A stretch of DNA of 64,000 bases from Octopus sinensis (GCF_006345805.1 NC_043021.1:16864001-16928000); one strand, 5' to 3'. Counted from the first letter of the stretch, positions 11,400 through 24,728 are shown. Numbers and translations are program-made. Notes: generated from the letters alone by a model not told the origin.

Positions 11400-11650
11400 G
11401 TGGGTGTGGTACAATGTATGTATGTATGTTTATCTGTGTCTCTTTCTGTTTGTTCCCCACACCACTTCTCAACAGCTGCTGTTGGTTTGTTTACGTCCCT
11501 GTTATCTAGCAGTCCAGCAAAAGGAGATCCCAATAGAATAAATACCAAGCTTAAAAAGAAAAGCAGTCTTAAGGTTGATTGTTTGACTAAACACTTCAAT
11601 GTAGTGCCCCAACATGGCCACAGCCTAATGACTGAAACAAGTAAAAAAAT
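11400..11650 (+). mobile_element. diverged SINE family A 3' half
   Basis: GGTTTGTTTACGTCCCTG..CAGCAAAAGGAG..AATAGAATAAATACC..CCCAACATGGCCACAGCCTAATGACTGAAACAAG. Confidence 0.7.
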
Positions 11651-12049
11651 ACAAAACTGTAATTAATTTAATTTAATTAATATTATTTTATGGTTATAAA
11701 GTGCACAATAACATGCTAATTAAATCAATTTAGGTAATCTCGTTTTTATGTTAATAAAACTTACCATAAACAGTAATTGAAGTTATTTTAATTAACCTTA
11801 GTGTTTTATGTGTATAAAATATACTATGAAATGTTAATTAGTCCATTTTAATTAATTTTATAAACCACCAAATATAAACTGAATATAATTACCATTTTTG
11901 ATGGCATGAAAGACACACGGATCAAACAGACACACCCTGATTTCAGCAGTGCATGTTCAGAAAAAAAGCTTATCGGAGGTCCAGTTTTGCGGACAGAATT
12001 GAGAGAGATCTTTATTTTGAGAGATTTTTGTTGACAAAAGAGCATCTTA

Positions 12050-12231
12050 TATGCCATTGTGTGGTAAGAAGCTTGCTTCCCTTTCCCAACCACATGGTTC
12101 AAGGTTCAGTCCCACTGCATGGCACCTTGGGCATGTATTTTCTACTTTAGCCGGTAGGGCTGACCAAAGCCTTGTGAGTGGATTTGGTAAACGGAAACTG
12201 AAAGAAACCCATCATATTTATACACACACAC

Positions 12232-12273
<42 letters not shown>

Positions 12274-12400
12274 TGTATGTATATCTTTGTGCCTGTTTTT
12301 ATTCTCCTATCACTGCTTGGCAACCGGTGTTGGTGTGTTTACAGCCCTGTAACTTAACGATTTGACCAAAGAGACCAACTGAATAGGTACATGGCTTAAA
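12050..12400 (+). mobile_element. SINE family A
   Basis: GTGTGGTAAGAAGCTTGC..GGTTCAGTCCCACTG..GCCTTGTGAGTGGATTTGGTAAACGGAAACTG. Confidence 0.85.
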
Positions 12401-12519
12401 AAATAAGTCTTGGGATTTATATGATTTATATGTTGGATGTTAAATGATGATGATGATAATGATATATATATATATATATATATCCTCTCTCTCTTTCGGA
12501 GAGGCACAAGCACCTACAC

Positions 12520-12676
12520 GCACATATACACACACGGCAGTAACTTCCACCTACCGAATTCAATCCCAAAGCTTCGGTCGGCTCGGGGCTATAGTGAAAG
12601 ACACGTACCCAAAGTGCCACGCAGTGGGACTGAACCCGAAACCATGTAGCTAGGAAGCAAGCTCCCTAACCACACA

Positions 12677-12682
<6 letters not shown>
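12520..12682 (-). mobile_element. SINE family A-related head
   Basis: GTGCCACGCAGTGGGACTGAACCCGAAACCATGT..AACCACACAGCCA. Confidence 0.75.
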
Positions 12683-12723
<41 letters not shown>

Positions 12724-12739
12724 ATATATATTGCAAAGT

Positions 12740-13080
<341 letters not shown>

Positions 13081-13192
13081 TAGATATAGATATATATACA
13101 TATATACACACAATATATGCGTTGTGTCTGTGTGTGTGTGTATAACTGGCTGTTACATATCTCTTCCTCCAGTTCTAGAGAGGCTATGCGGC

Positions 13193-13352
13193 CACTATGG
13201 TAGCTAGGGGGCGCAGCAAGGGCAGTTCGCCCCGGTCGGCACCTTTAAAGGGGCAGCACTTTTGGGCCTGCTGTAGGCAATATGTGCTTTTTGTAGGATC
13301 TGGGGTCAGCTAAAAGAGAAGGGCCGCCCTGGGAGGCACACACTTTAGCTAC
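13193..13352. mobile_element. short GC-rich MITE-like element (PIF/Harbinger-like ends?)
   Basis: Left ..GGTAGCTAGGGGG and right ..CTTTAGCTAC are inverted. Degenerate. Confidence 0.4.
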
Positions 13353-13863
13353 AAAAGTGTATACACCTTCAGCCATTTCGGCCTGACAAGTCACCTATAC
13401 TGCTAAGTGTTTCATAGATGCAAGACCAATGGTCAGTTTATGACCGGCCATAAGGGCACTGAAATTGTGTCTAAGGCCAGCTGGAGACGTCGATCTCCTG
13501 GGGCTAAAAGCGTCAGTAACACCCACCCCCTGTGGCTAGCCACATTCAGATGGCTAGTACACTTTATGTTGTCGAGCGGTTACTGTTTACATCTCGTTCG
13601 GAGATTTATTAATGCCATAACTTTTAGTTTCCTTAAAAATATCCATTGCTGCTCTGTTTAAAAGTGTGCTTTCGGATATATGAATTACTGGCGATATATA
13701 AGCACCAGGCATTAAGAAAAGGGAGCTGGGGTCAGTTCATTTGCCTAAAAGTTCCTGATGCTGGTGCCCCAGCATGGCCACAGTCTAATGACTAAAACAA
13801 CTAAGAAATAAAAGGTGAAACTAATCTCCATGGTCAGCCTCCTACAAACCCATTTGCAAAAAG

Positions 13864-13864
<1 letters not shown>

Positions 13865-13899
<35 letters not shown>

Positions 13900-14510
13900 G
13901 CATGTGTGTGTGTATGTGTGTGTGTGCATGTATGTGTATAGGTGTGTATGTGTGAGTGCGTGTGTGTGTGCATGTGTGTGTGTATATGTGTGTATATGTG
14001 TGTATATGTGTGAATGTGTGTGTATGTGTGTATGTGTACGTGGGTGTGTATATGTGAGTGGATGTGTGTGTATATATGTGTGTGCGTGTTTGTGTATATG
14101 TGTGTGGATGTGTGTATATATGTCTGTATGTGTGCGTGTGTGTGTACGTATGCGTGTATGTGTGTGTGTGTGTGCATGCGTATGTGCATGTGTGTGCATA
14201 TGTATATGTGTGTATGTGCGTGTGTATGTGTGCGTGTGTGTGTGCATATGTGTGTATGTATGCATGTATGAGTGTGTGTGCGCGTGTGTGTGCGCATGTG
14301 CATATGTGTGCGTGTATGTGCATGTGTGTGTATGTATATATGATGTATGCATGTGTATGTATATGTGTGCATGTGTGTGTTTGTGCATGCATGTATGTGT
14401 ATGTACGTGTGTGCATGTATGACAAAGAGAGAAGACGCTTGCCTGCAGTGAGGGTGTATATGTGTGTGTGTATACATGTGTGAGAGTGTGTATGTGTATG
14501 ATGTATGTTG
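13865..14510. repeat. degenerate (GT)/(AT) microsatellite
   Basis: Directly visible. Confidence 0.95.
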
Positions 14511-15174
14511 TTCGACCCGCTATTAACTGTGATTGCATGAATCTATGATGAAAGACAATTCCAGCCGAGAGCACCGTGTCATTTTTAAAGAAATTAGATT
14601 GTGGTTCAATGGAGATTTGGCTGCTATTTCTAACAGACCAGGCGATGGCACACACTCCACCATTCACCCTTTCTCTTTGTCTCATATGCATACACTTTGT
14701 CTCATATGCATGTCTCTCTGTCTGTGTGTCTGTCTCCTCATTGTTCAACCCCCAGTTCAGCCCTGATCAAACAGACCACACAACTAATTAAAGTCATTCC
14801 CCATTCCAGCTGTGACCATCCCGTCGTTTTACCTAAATGCAAAAGGATCTGTTAATCCACTGACCACATCATCTGACTTGTGACTTCCCTGGCCCCTTTT
14901 TTCTTCTTTATTTTTTCCCCATTTGCAAGAGATCTTATGGATATTTCTAGCAGACAAAGAGGCCACTTGGAGCCCCTTCACCACCACCACCACCACCACC
15001 ACTATCTCCTTGGCCCCTGTGTGTGTATCAGTCTCTGTGTGTGTCGGGTGCACCATCCTAACTATGTGAACAATCAGTACAGTGTTAAGGGCGGTATTTT
15101 AAAAGTTGGAGATAATACAGTTAGCAGCTGTTTCAAGCTTGATAGGATCTTCGCTGAAATCATTCTCACTTGGT

Positions 15175-15198
15175 GTGTGCATATACATACATACATAC

Positions 15199-15233
<35 letters not shown>

Positions 15234-15359
15234 TATATTATATATATATATTATATATATATAATATATATATATAATATATATAATATATATATATGTG
15301 TATATATAATATATATATGTAATATATATATTTACATTTTAATATATAATATATATATT

Positions 15360-15393
<34 letters not shown>

Positions 15394-16560
15394 TATAATA
15401 TATATATGTATATATATAAAAAATTTATAAATATAAATATACATATGTATATGTATAAATATATATTTATACATATATGTATGTGCACATATATTCATAT
15501 ATGTGTTTATATATGCATATGCATAGATATATATATATATAATTCATTATTCAAAACTTTCAACTTTTGATTAATGTTTCTATAATTTTTTCATTTTATT
15601 TTATTTTTTATTTCATTTATTTATTTTAAATTTTATTTTTCATATTTTATTATTTTCTAATTTTTAATCCTTTTTTTTTATCGCTATTTATTTATTCTTT
15701 TTTTTTCTAAGCTTTATTTTGCTTAATATGAATTTTATTTTACATTGATTTTATATATTTTTTATTCATAAATACATTATTTATTTTATTTGTTTGTTTG
15801 TTTGTTTCCCTTTTCACGAAATCCCTGTGGGGAATGTTTTCTTTTGCAGCCAACACCCTTGTGGTACAGAATGAAAGCCACTACCTCCGGCACCACCTTC
15901 ACCATTAACACCACCACCCCCTACCACCACTACTATCGCCACAACTGCTACAATTACAGCATCATCATCATCATCATCATCAACCCCACCACTATTATTA
16001 CTGCAACCATCGCTGCCACTACTATCATTACCACCAGCACCATCGCCACCACCACCACCACCACCATCATCATCACCACCATCACCAATACCGCCGCCAC
16101 CACAACCACCACCACCACCGCCCGTCATCATCACCACCACCACCATCAATATCGCCACCATCACCACCACCATCAATAGTGCTACCACCACCACCACCAC
16201 CACCACCATCATCATCACCACCACCACCACCACCATCAATATCGCCACCACCACCACCACCACCATCATTAATACCACCGCCACCACCATCACTACCACC
16301 ACCAATACCACCACCACCAATACCACCACCACCATCACCATCATCACCCCCCCACTGCCACTACCAGCACCACCGCCACCTCTGCCGCCACCATCTCCAA
16401 CCGTAACCCTAACCCTAACCACTACCATTGCCACCATCACCACCACCACTACCGCCACCCCTATCAACACTACCATGAACAACATCATCATCGTCATCTT
16501 CGCTATCACCACCACTACCACCACCACCATCATCATTACCATCATCACCAACGCCCCCCC
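15175..16560. repeat. (TA)n, T-rich low-complexity and (ACC)/(ATC)n tracts
   Basis: Directly visible. Confidence 0.9.
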
Positions 16561-16705
16561 CCCTACTGGTGCTATCCCCTCTTCGCTGCTTCTCGTTATG
16601 GCTTCAACCCCAGTTATTCCTCAGGGGTAGACTTCATGGCTAATTAAAGACATAGTTTACGCTTAGGTAACAACTATAGGCTCTGGCACCTTTAATTCTC
16701 AATAA

Positions 16706-16738
<33 letters not shown>

Positions 16739-16814
16739 ACTGTTCGTCTGTGTGTGTGCGTGTGTGTGTGTGAGACTTCGTCTGTGTGTGTGTATGCATG
16801 TGCATGCATGCATT

Positions 16815-16861
<47 letters not shown>

Positions 16862-17221
16862 AGTAGCAATAATATCAAGGGAAAGTACCTGCAGGCTCAT
16901 TTATATATGGATGTATATTTGTGTGTGTGTATATGTGCATATATATGTGTGTGTGAGTGTGTGTGTGTATGTATATACATCATCATCATCATCATCATCA
17001 CCCTTTAACATCCGTTTCCATGCTAGATATACATTCTTTTATTTTCTTACTTGCTTCAGTCATTTGGCTGTGGCCATGCTGGAGCACAGCCTTAAGAAAA
17101 AATATGGAGTACTTCATGAATTTACGTGACATCCTTGTGCAGGGGCCATGCTAAATCTTGTCTGTATCATCTTAATTTTAGTATGTGTATCGCCAAAGCA
17201 ATATATATAATGTATATAAAG

Positions 17222-17400
17222 TTAATCCAAACATGAAAACACAAAGAGAAAACACAACAACGTGAGGACGTGGAACAAATATAGTATTATTGGACGCTCA
17301 GGAAAGAAGGAGGGTTTAACGTTTCGAGCGGAGCTCTTCGTCAGAAACATAGAAAAAGGAAAGATCGAAGGAGGGGAAGATGGATGAAAAAAATCGCCAA
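17222..17400 (-). mobile_element. short Penelope-like/retrozyme-like repeat carrying a hammerhead motif
   Basis: Homologous to 32772-32980 in the opposite orientation. Contains CTGACGA...GAAACGTT on the minus strand. Confidence 0.75.
17314..17348 (-). ncRNA. minimal type I hammerhead ribozyme motif (intact core)
   Basis: GUUU-CUGACGA-A-GAGC-UCC-GCUC-GAAA-C-GUU-AAAC. Stem I GUUU/AAAC, stem II GAGC/GCUC, palindromic ACGU stem III, GUU cleavage triplet. Confidence 0.7.
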
Positions 17401-18008
17401 CGATACACACACACACACACATATATATATGTGTGTGTGTGTGTATATATATATATACATACATACATACATACATACATACATACATCAGCACTGCTAC
17501 CACCACCGTCACCATCATCACCACCACAATCACCATCACCACCACCACAATTGCCACTACTACCACCACTGCCATTACCAGACAGACAGACAGATATGAT
17601 GGCTGAAACTCAGTTTTAAGCAATGTCCTCATTCGTTTGTTCCCTTGTCCTTAGCATCAAAGTACCTTTTCGGTCCTGCTAAGGAACCTTCACTCCTTTG
17701 CACAGACGTAGCAATGATGGGACGCCTCTTGCAGCAGGAATTCTAAAAGATTCTCGGCCACACTGACATAGATGCCTTCATTCCATCATGGGATTTTCCA
17801 TTGGGTGTTTTGCCATTTTGGGCAACAGCATCTCACAGAATGCAACACATAATAGAGACGGTAAATCTCAAGCAAAGCCTGGAATTGAACCATTTTAAAG
17901 TGGGCAAAAGGTCTTGCATGGCAACCCCACTCTCTCTCTCTAAGCAATATATGCATTTTCCCCAAAAAGAATTAACTTATATCAGTAGAAAGGATTATTA
18001 TTATTATT

Positions 18009-18566
18009 GAGTGAGAGAGCAGTGCATGCCATCAAAGTGACACTGGAGTAAAATATACGAAGCCCAGTATACCCATCATGACTACCCATCTGATAAGGGT
18101 ACACTAGGCACATACATCACAACCATATGTGCGCGACATGGTAATCTCATATCAAGATAAACAGCACATGACCTTGCAGGTGGGGCCCAGTTAGAATTTT
18201 CTTCTGGTCGAGTAGCCCGTCCTGCTCAAAAGGTTCCTGAATAAGGGTTGTTTAATGATGTTGAGTGAAAGACCCATGTTTCCAAAGATGAATTATCCAA
18301 ACCCCAAAGGATTCCTCTCAACACATGGCCATGATGTTCCCCCACTACTTCTGCTCATGATCAGAGATGCATATATCGTCAGCCACTAAGGGACATGCTC
18401 AACTGGTTAAGGTCAAACAACTGACAAGCAAATCTGTGGTATTGAGCAGAATATTTGCTGTAGCCCATCTTTTATGCCAAGATAAAACAATGTACATGAT
18501 AACACTTCCAATCAGTTAAGATCAGAAGCCATGAGAGCCACTGCCTGGTACTGTGTCAGAGCATTT
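18009..18566 (-). mobile_element. non-coding retroposon 3' region (family D) with (AAT)n tail
   Basis: Highly similar to 34174-34627, with a fragment at ~40478-40572. Both long copies abut (ATT)n at the same end. Confidence 0.75.
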
Positions 18567-18593
18567 ATCATCATCATCATCATCATCATTATC

Positions 18594-18640
<47 letters not shown>

Positions 18641-18694
18641 GTATATTAAATTCAAATTATGATGAACGTAAACAAATTATTATTATTATTATTC

Positions 18695-18920
18695 AGGCAG
18701 TGAGCTGGCAGAATTGTTAGCACATCAGGCAAAATACCTTGCAGTATTTCGTTCATCTTTACGTTCTGAGTTCAAATTCCACTGAGGTCAACTTTGCCTT
18801 TCATCCTTTCGGGGTGGGGTTGGGTTGATAAAATGCATACCTGTTGCAAACTCAAGCTGATGTCATTAGCTAAACTCTTCCCCTAAAATTGTAAGCCTCA
18901 TGCTTTTGGGAGAAAGGATT
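18695..18920 (+). mobile_element. SINE family B (diverged)
   Basis: GAGCTGGCAGAATTGTTAGC..GTTCTGAGTTCAAATTCC..CTTTGCCTTTCATCCTTTCGGGG. Confidence 0.85.
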
Positions 18921-18929
18921 CAAAGAAGA

Positions 18930-19200
18930 TCCGCTAGCTGATCTCTTCCAGAGAATTTTCAGCCCGGGACCGATGGATAACTTCCAAAAATCTCTGGCCT
19001 GGCAGTGCTACCAGAGAGATTTACCTGTTCAAGATAAACTATACACACCTGGAAGTGACATGAGCCAAGCATGTCCAAAATGTGTGCACGGTGACAAACC
19101 CATTCTGCATGTACTCGTCCAGTGCCCGAGCATTGCTGACCTGTGGGTTTATGTCGAACACCAGCTGTTGCTGGGGTGAATGTAACTGATTCATCCTCTC
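18930..19200 (+). mobile_element. L1/Tx1-clade LINE fragment, zf-RVT-like region
   Basis: FQKSLAWQCYQRDLPVQDKLY...CPKC...ILHVLVQCPSIADLW shows the W...LP...L...C..C...E...H....C.....W pattern. Confidence 0.7.
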
Positions 19201-19226
19201 CTCCAGAATGGCTGCCCTTGTGGCAA

Positions 19227-19274
<48 letters not shown>

Positions 19275-19422
19275 GTAGATTCATAGTAATAGATGACATA
19301 GCAAGATGAGCTTAGAGTGATATGTGTGTGTGTGTGTGTGTATGTTAGTATGTGTGTGATTATAAGAATGTATGGACGCTGATGTATTTGGCAGGGGATG
19401 CATACACATCCAAATATACATT

Positions 19423-19429
<7 letters not shown>

Positions 19430-19459
<30 letters not shown>

Positions 19460-19460
19460 T

Positions 19461-19491
<31 letters not shown>

Positions 19492-19547
19492 TGAGAGAAA
19501 GAGAAAGAAAGAGAGAGAGAGAGAGAGAGGCAGACAGATGGACAGAC

Positions 19548-19632
<85 letters not shown>

Positions 19633-20935
19633 CAGATAGATAGATAGACAGACAGATAGATAAATAAATATAGAACAGATATAGATATACATGTGCACAC
19701 ACACATACACACACATACACACACGTGCATAAAACCCCACACAAAGCGATTACTTACCATTTTCAATTCCTACGAAAATCCAAGTGGTGCACAAGAGGAA
19801 CAGCAACAACAAATTGAAATGTATGTCTCCAGCCAGTTGGAACTTCTCTGAACTGAATGACAATGAATTTAAAAGGGAAAAAAGAGCAGTACACACACAC
19901 ACACACACACACCACACACGCACACACACACACACATGCACACACACATCGTTGTAGTGGTTGGTGATGGTGGTGGTAAAGGTTTGGAGGGGAGTGTCAA
20001 GTAGTGAACAGAGGAGTGTTAGAGAAGGTCATTGTGTTGGTGATGGCAGCGGTGGTGGTGGTGGTGGTGGTGGTGGTAGTGGTGGTGGTGGTGGTGAATG
20101 TGGTGGTGGTAGCAGTGGTGGTCGTGATAATGGTGGTGGTGGTGATGGTGGTAGTGGTAGTGGTGGCAGCCATGGTGGTGGTGCAGTGGTGATGGTGGCG
20201 GTGGTGGTGGTGATGGTGGTGGTGACAATGACAATGATGATGAGGAGGAGGAGGAGAAGGAAGTGAAGGAGGAGGAGGAAGAGGAATAGTAAGAAAACAG
20301 CTGTGGCAACAGTGGTAGTGGTGGTGGTGGTGGTAGTTGTTGTGGTGGTGGTAGTTGTAGTGGTGGTGGTGGTCATCGTTGTCGTCATCGCTGTTGTCTT
20401 GACAGTTACAATGTGTCTGTCGTATGTCACAGGAAATAAAAAGACAGGATGGTCATGGCTGGGATGCCTTTAGTCCTAGTTTAACTAAATCAGGCTTGAC
20501 TTGGAGCCATACAACCACCACCAAAACAACATTTGTCATTGTCACCACTCCACCCTCATCATCACCACCATCACTACCATCACAACCACCAACACCAACA
20601 CCACCACCACCACCATTACAACCACTACCACTACTGCCATCACAACTACCACAACCACCACAACTGCCACTGGCACCACCATCACCATTACCACCACCAT
20701 CACCATTACCACCACCATCACCATTACCACCACCATCACCATGACCACCTCCACCATCACAACTAACACAACCACCACCACCATCGCAGCCATTACCACA
20801 ACCATTACCACCACCACAACCCTCACCACCACTACCACCACCATTACAACAATGGTCCCTGTCAGAGTAGCTTTGATGATAGCACTGATGGATCACAACC
20901 GACCTTGGGTTAAACGGCAACAACAACAACAACAA
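19430..20935. repeat. microsatellite cluster (GA, GATA, CA, GGT, ACC)
   Basis: Directly visible. Confidence 0.92.
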
Positions 20936-21339
20936 TAAAAGACAGCTGTTATTTCGATCCTGCTTTAAATTCTAAATACTGACGTATCCTAAGACAGGAT
21001 GGTCACGACTTGAACATTTTTGATCATAGATCTGCCGGTTAAACCATTGACCTCGGGCCAAACGACACCAGTAAAGCTTGCTATAATTCCGACCCTGAAC
21101 TAAATACCAAATTTTGGTGTGTCCAAAGTTTCTTAATGAAACAACATCCGTTTAATAAGAGAATGCACTTGACCTCTTCTCGTTATTCAATGGAAATCGT
21201 TGTCTATTGTTGTTGTTGTTGTTGTTGTTGTTATTGCTATTGTTTTTATCTATGATGGCTTTATTATTATAATTATTGTTGTTGTTGTAACTACAGCAGT
21301 TGTTGTTGTTGATGATGATGATGATGTTGTTACCACTTT

Positions 21340-21570
21340 GAAAGCAGCAAACTGGCAGAGTCGTTAACGTGTTGGTCCAAATGCTTTAAGTAGCATATTG
21401 TCTGTCATTATGTTCTGAGTTCAAATTCCGCCGACGCCAACTTTGCCTTTCATCCTTTCAGGGTCAATAAATTAAATACCAGTTGAACACTGGGTAGGGT
21501 GGGGTGGGGTCAATATAATTGACTAGTCTCTTCCCCCAAAATTCCAGGCCTTGTGCCTTTAGAAGAAGAG

Positions 21571-21664
<94 letters not shown>

Positions 21665-21870
21665 GGGCAGTAAGCTGGCAGAATCATAAGCACACTGGAC
21701 AAAATATTTAAAACCATTTTGTCAGCCCTTATGTTCTGAGTTCAAATGCTGCCAATGCCAACTTCGCCGTTCATCCTATAGGGGTTGACAGAATAAGTAC
21801 CAGTTAAACACCAGGGTCCATATAGCTGACTTACTCACTTCTGCTAAAATTGCTGGCCTTGTGCCAAAAT
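21340..21870 (+). mobile_element. two head-to-tail SINE family B copies separated by (ATT)n
   Basis: First copy ends GAAGAGG then (TTA)n at ~21572-21663. Second copy starts GGGCAGTAAGCTGGCAGAA immediately after. Confidence 0.85.
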
Positions 21871-22254
21871 CTGAATTCACTACAACCGTTTCTGTTGTCG
21901 TTTACTGTTGTTTTTGCTTTCACTGTTGTTGTTTGTGTTGTTACTGTTGCTGTTGGATTCACTATGAAGCTTTTTAATATTGATTCTCTCTCAAAAAAAA
22001 CAAAAAAATACAATGAGGATGACATCCAGGAAATATTTGGTTTTTAACCAGTAAAGAGCTTGATTCTAAGTTCTTAAACAACAATAACAACAATCTTCCC
22101 CTTATATTGCACAAAGAAATGATATACAATACTAAAAACCCGGATATTTTACAAGTGATGTCTTGAAGAAACGTTTCCATCGATAACACTTGAAAATACA
22201 AAAATAAATTTGCATCTCTTCTCATTTTCATTGACAGTTGGTCAGTCTACTCTG

Positions 22255-23000
22255 ATAAATAATAATATTTGTCTTTCATTTGCATTGATCTAGCTAATAA
22301 CATTGGTTGACCTAGCTAATAATGTGTGTTGACCTAGCTAATAATGTTTGTCTTTCATCTGTGTTCACCAAGCTAATAAAAGAGTACTCTGTCAGTTACA
22401 ATGACGAGGATCCCAGTTGATCCGATCAACGGAACAGCCTGTTCATGAAATTAACATGCACGTGGCTGAGCACTCCACAGACATTTGTACCCCTAACGTA
22501 GTTCTCAGGGAGATTCAGCGTGACACAGAGTGTGACAAGGCCGGCTCTTTGAAATACAGGTACCACACATTTTGCCAGCTGATAACATTGGTTGATCTAG
22601 CTAACAAAATGTATAGAGATACCTGATAATGTTTTTATTCTATTTACATTGATCTAGCTAATAATGTGTGTTGACCTAACTAATAATGTTTGTCTTTCAT
22701 CTGTGTTCACCAAACAACATTGGTTACCCTAGCTAATAATGTCTGTATTTTGTCTGCATTGATGTAACTAATAACGTATTGAATAAACTAATAGTGTATA
22801 TCTTTTACCTATGTTCACCAAGCTAATATTGTTCATTTTTCATTTGCATTGAACTAGCTAATAATGTGTGTGTTGACCTAGCTGATAATGTCTGTTTTTT
22901 TACATGCATTGATCTTGCTAATAACGTGCGTTGACCTAGCTGATAATGTTAAGTTTCATCTTCATCATCTAGTCAATAATATCACTTAATCATCATCATC
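22255..23000. repeat. degenerate minisatellite built on GACCTAGCTAATAATG
   Basis: The motif CTAGCTAATAA or a close variant recurs more than ten times, with isolated copies at ~23310 and ~23562. Confidence 0.75.
22385..22565 (-). mobile_element. OK-like SINE 3' module
   Basis: Reverse complement of 8870-9050. Confidence 0.8.
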
Positions 23001-23305
23001 ATTTAACGTCCGTTTTCCATGCTAGCATGGGTTGGACATTACCATTTGGGTCTGGGAAGCCAGAAGGCTGCGCCAGGCCCAGTCTGATCTGGCAGTGTTT
23101 CTACAGCTGGATGCCCTTCCTAATGCCAACCACTCCGTGAGTGTAGTGGGTGCTTTTTACGTGCCACCTGCACAGGTGCCAGATGGGGCTGGCAAATGGC
23201 CGCGATCGGATGGTGCTTTTTATGTGCCACCAGCACGGAGGCCAGTCGGGGCAGCACTGGCAACGGCCACGTTTAGATGGTTCTCTTACATGCCACCAGC
23301 ACTTG
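22995..23305 (-). mobile_element. RTE 3' UTR (family C)
   Basis: (CAT)n-TTAACGTCCGTTTTCCATGCTAGCATGGGTTGG..GGATGCCCTTCCTAATGCCAACCAC. Confidence 0.85.
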
Positions 23306-23667
23306 GCAATCTAGCTAATAACCCTTTTTACTATAGGAACAGGGCCTAAAATTTTAGTGGGGGGGGGAAGGGTCTAGTTGATTTCCTCTATCCCAGTGCT
23401 TGACTGTTACTCATTTTATCAATTCCAAGGGGATAAAAATGAAAGACAAAGTCAATCTTCGGCAAAATTTGAACTCGGAATGTCAGACTGGAAATTCTGG
23501 TAAGCACCGTGTCCATTATCGAGACCATTCTGATAGCTCATGGCTAATACTGTGTACTGACTTAGCTAATAACATTTGTCTTTTATTTGTGTCTCCAATA
23601 TCTTGGCTAATCCCAAGTCTTGTCCATGAAAGCTTAAAATCCTTGGTTTATGAGTCAACAATATCGA

Positions 23668-23827
23668 CGCAGGAGCGGCTGTGTGGTAAGTAGCTTGTTT
23701 ACCAACCACATGGTTCCGGGTTCAGTCCCACTGCATGACACCTTGGGCAAGTGTCTTCTACTATAGCCTCAGGCCGACCAAAGCCTTGTGAGTGGATTTG
23801 GTAGACGGAAACTGAAAGAAGCCTGTC

Positions 23828-23859
<32 letters not shown>

Positions 23860-24085
23860 GTGTGTGTGTTTGTGTGTCTGTGTTTGTCCCCCTAGCATTG
23901 CTTGACAACCGATGCTGGTGTGTTTTCATCTCCGTTACTTAGCGGTTCAGCAAAAGAGACCGATAGAATAGGTACTGGGCTTACAAAGAATAAGTCCCGG
24001 GGTCGAGTTGTTCGATTAAAGGCGGTGCTCCAGCATGGCCGCAGTCAAATGACTGAAACAAGTAAAAGAGTAAAAGAGTAAAAGA
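23668..24085 (+). mobile_element. SINE family A, full length
   Basis: GCAGGAGCGGCTGTGTGG head through GACTGAAACAAGTAAAAGAGTAAAAGAG tail. Confidence 0.92.
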
Positions 24086-24599
24086 ATATAATCACAATGT
24101 AGATGCTCACTTTGCTAGAAATAACAGCCAAATCCCTCACATCAGAAGAAAGAGACATTGGATAATGTGGGACCATGGGTCCCTCGGGAACAAAAAAAAC
24201 AATGGTCATGGATAAAATGAATTTCATTGTAGGTCTGCTTGGTTGGAATTGGTGACTTTGAGTGCAATAACAATGGCTGAATAATGAAAAATAAAACAAA
24301 AAATTGAATGTATGTGGCTATGTTGTCAGATGTTTACTTCCCAACCACATGGTTCCAGGTTCAGTTCCAGTCTGGAACCTTGGGCAAATGTCTTCTACCA
24401 TAGCCTTCAGCTGACCAAAACCTTGTGAGTGGATTTGGTAGACGGAAACTGAAGGAAGCCATCATTTATATATATATATATATATATAAGAAAAAAGGTT
24501 TGAAAATGCAATTTAAACGATGTTTATTTACTTAACCGGTTTCACTCTTTGGTAAAAGATTGTCAAAAGTTACATTTAAGGAAACATTGAATAATATGG

Positions 24600-24728
24600 G
24601 TTCAAAAAAAGTTTTTTACATAATTGTCACATTGGATATTATGCATTCAAAAAAGTTTTTTACATAATTGTCACATTGGATATTATGAATTCAAAAATGT
24701 TTTTTTATACATAATTGTCACATTACAT
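24600..24728. repeat. three ~45-bp tandem units
   Basis: TTCAAAAAA(A)GTTTTTTACATAATTGTCACATT repeated three times. Confidence 0.85.

Noticed and set aside
13745-14748. Long His/Thr- and Cys/Val-rich ORFs (up to 304 aa)
   Set aside because: These are translations of (CA)/(GT)/(TA) microsatellites, which lack stops in several frames.
15790-16551. Poly-Thr/His/Pro/Val/Gly ORFs
   Set aside because: Trinucleotide (ACC/ATC) tracts open in multiple frames and strands, with no splice or domain support. The same applies to 19961-20938, 25659-26582, 27732-28185, 41870-42401, 44919-45634 and 49540-50394.
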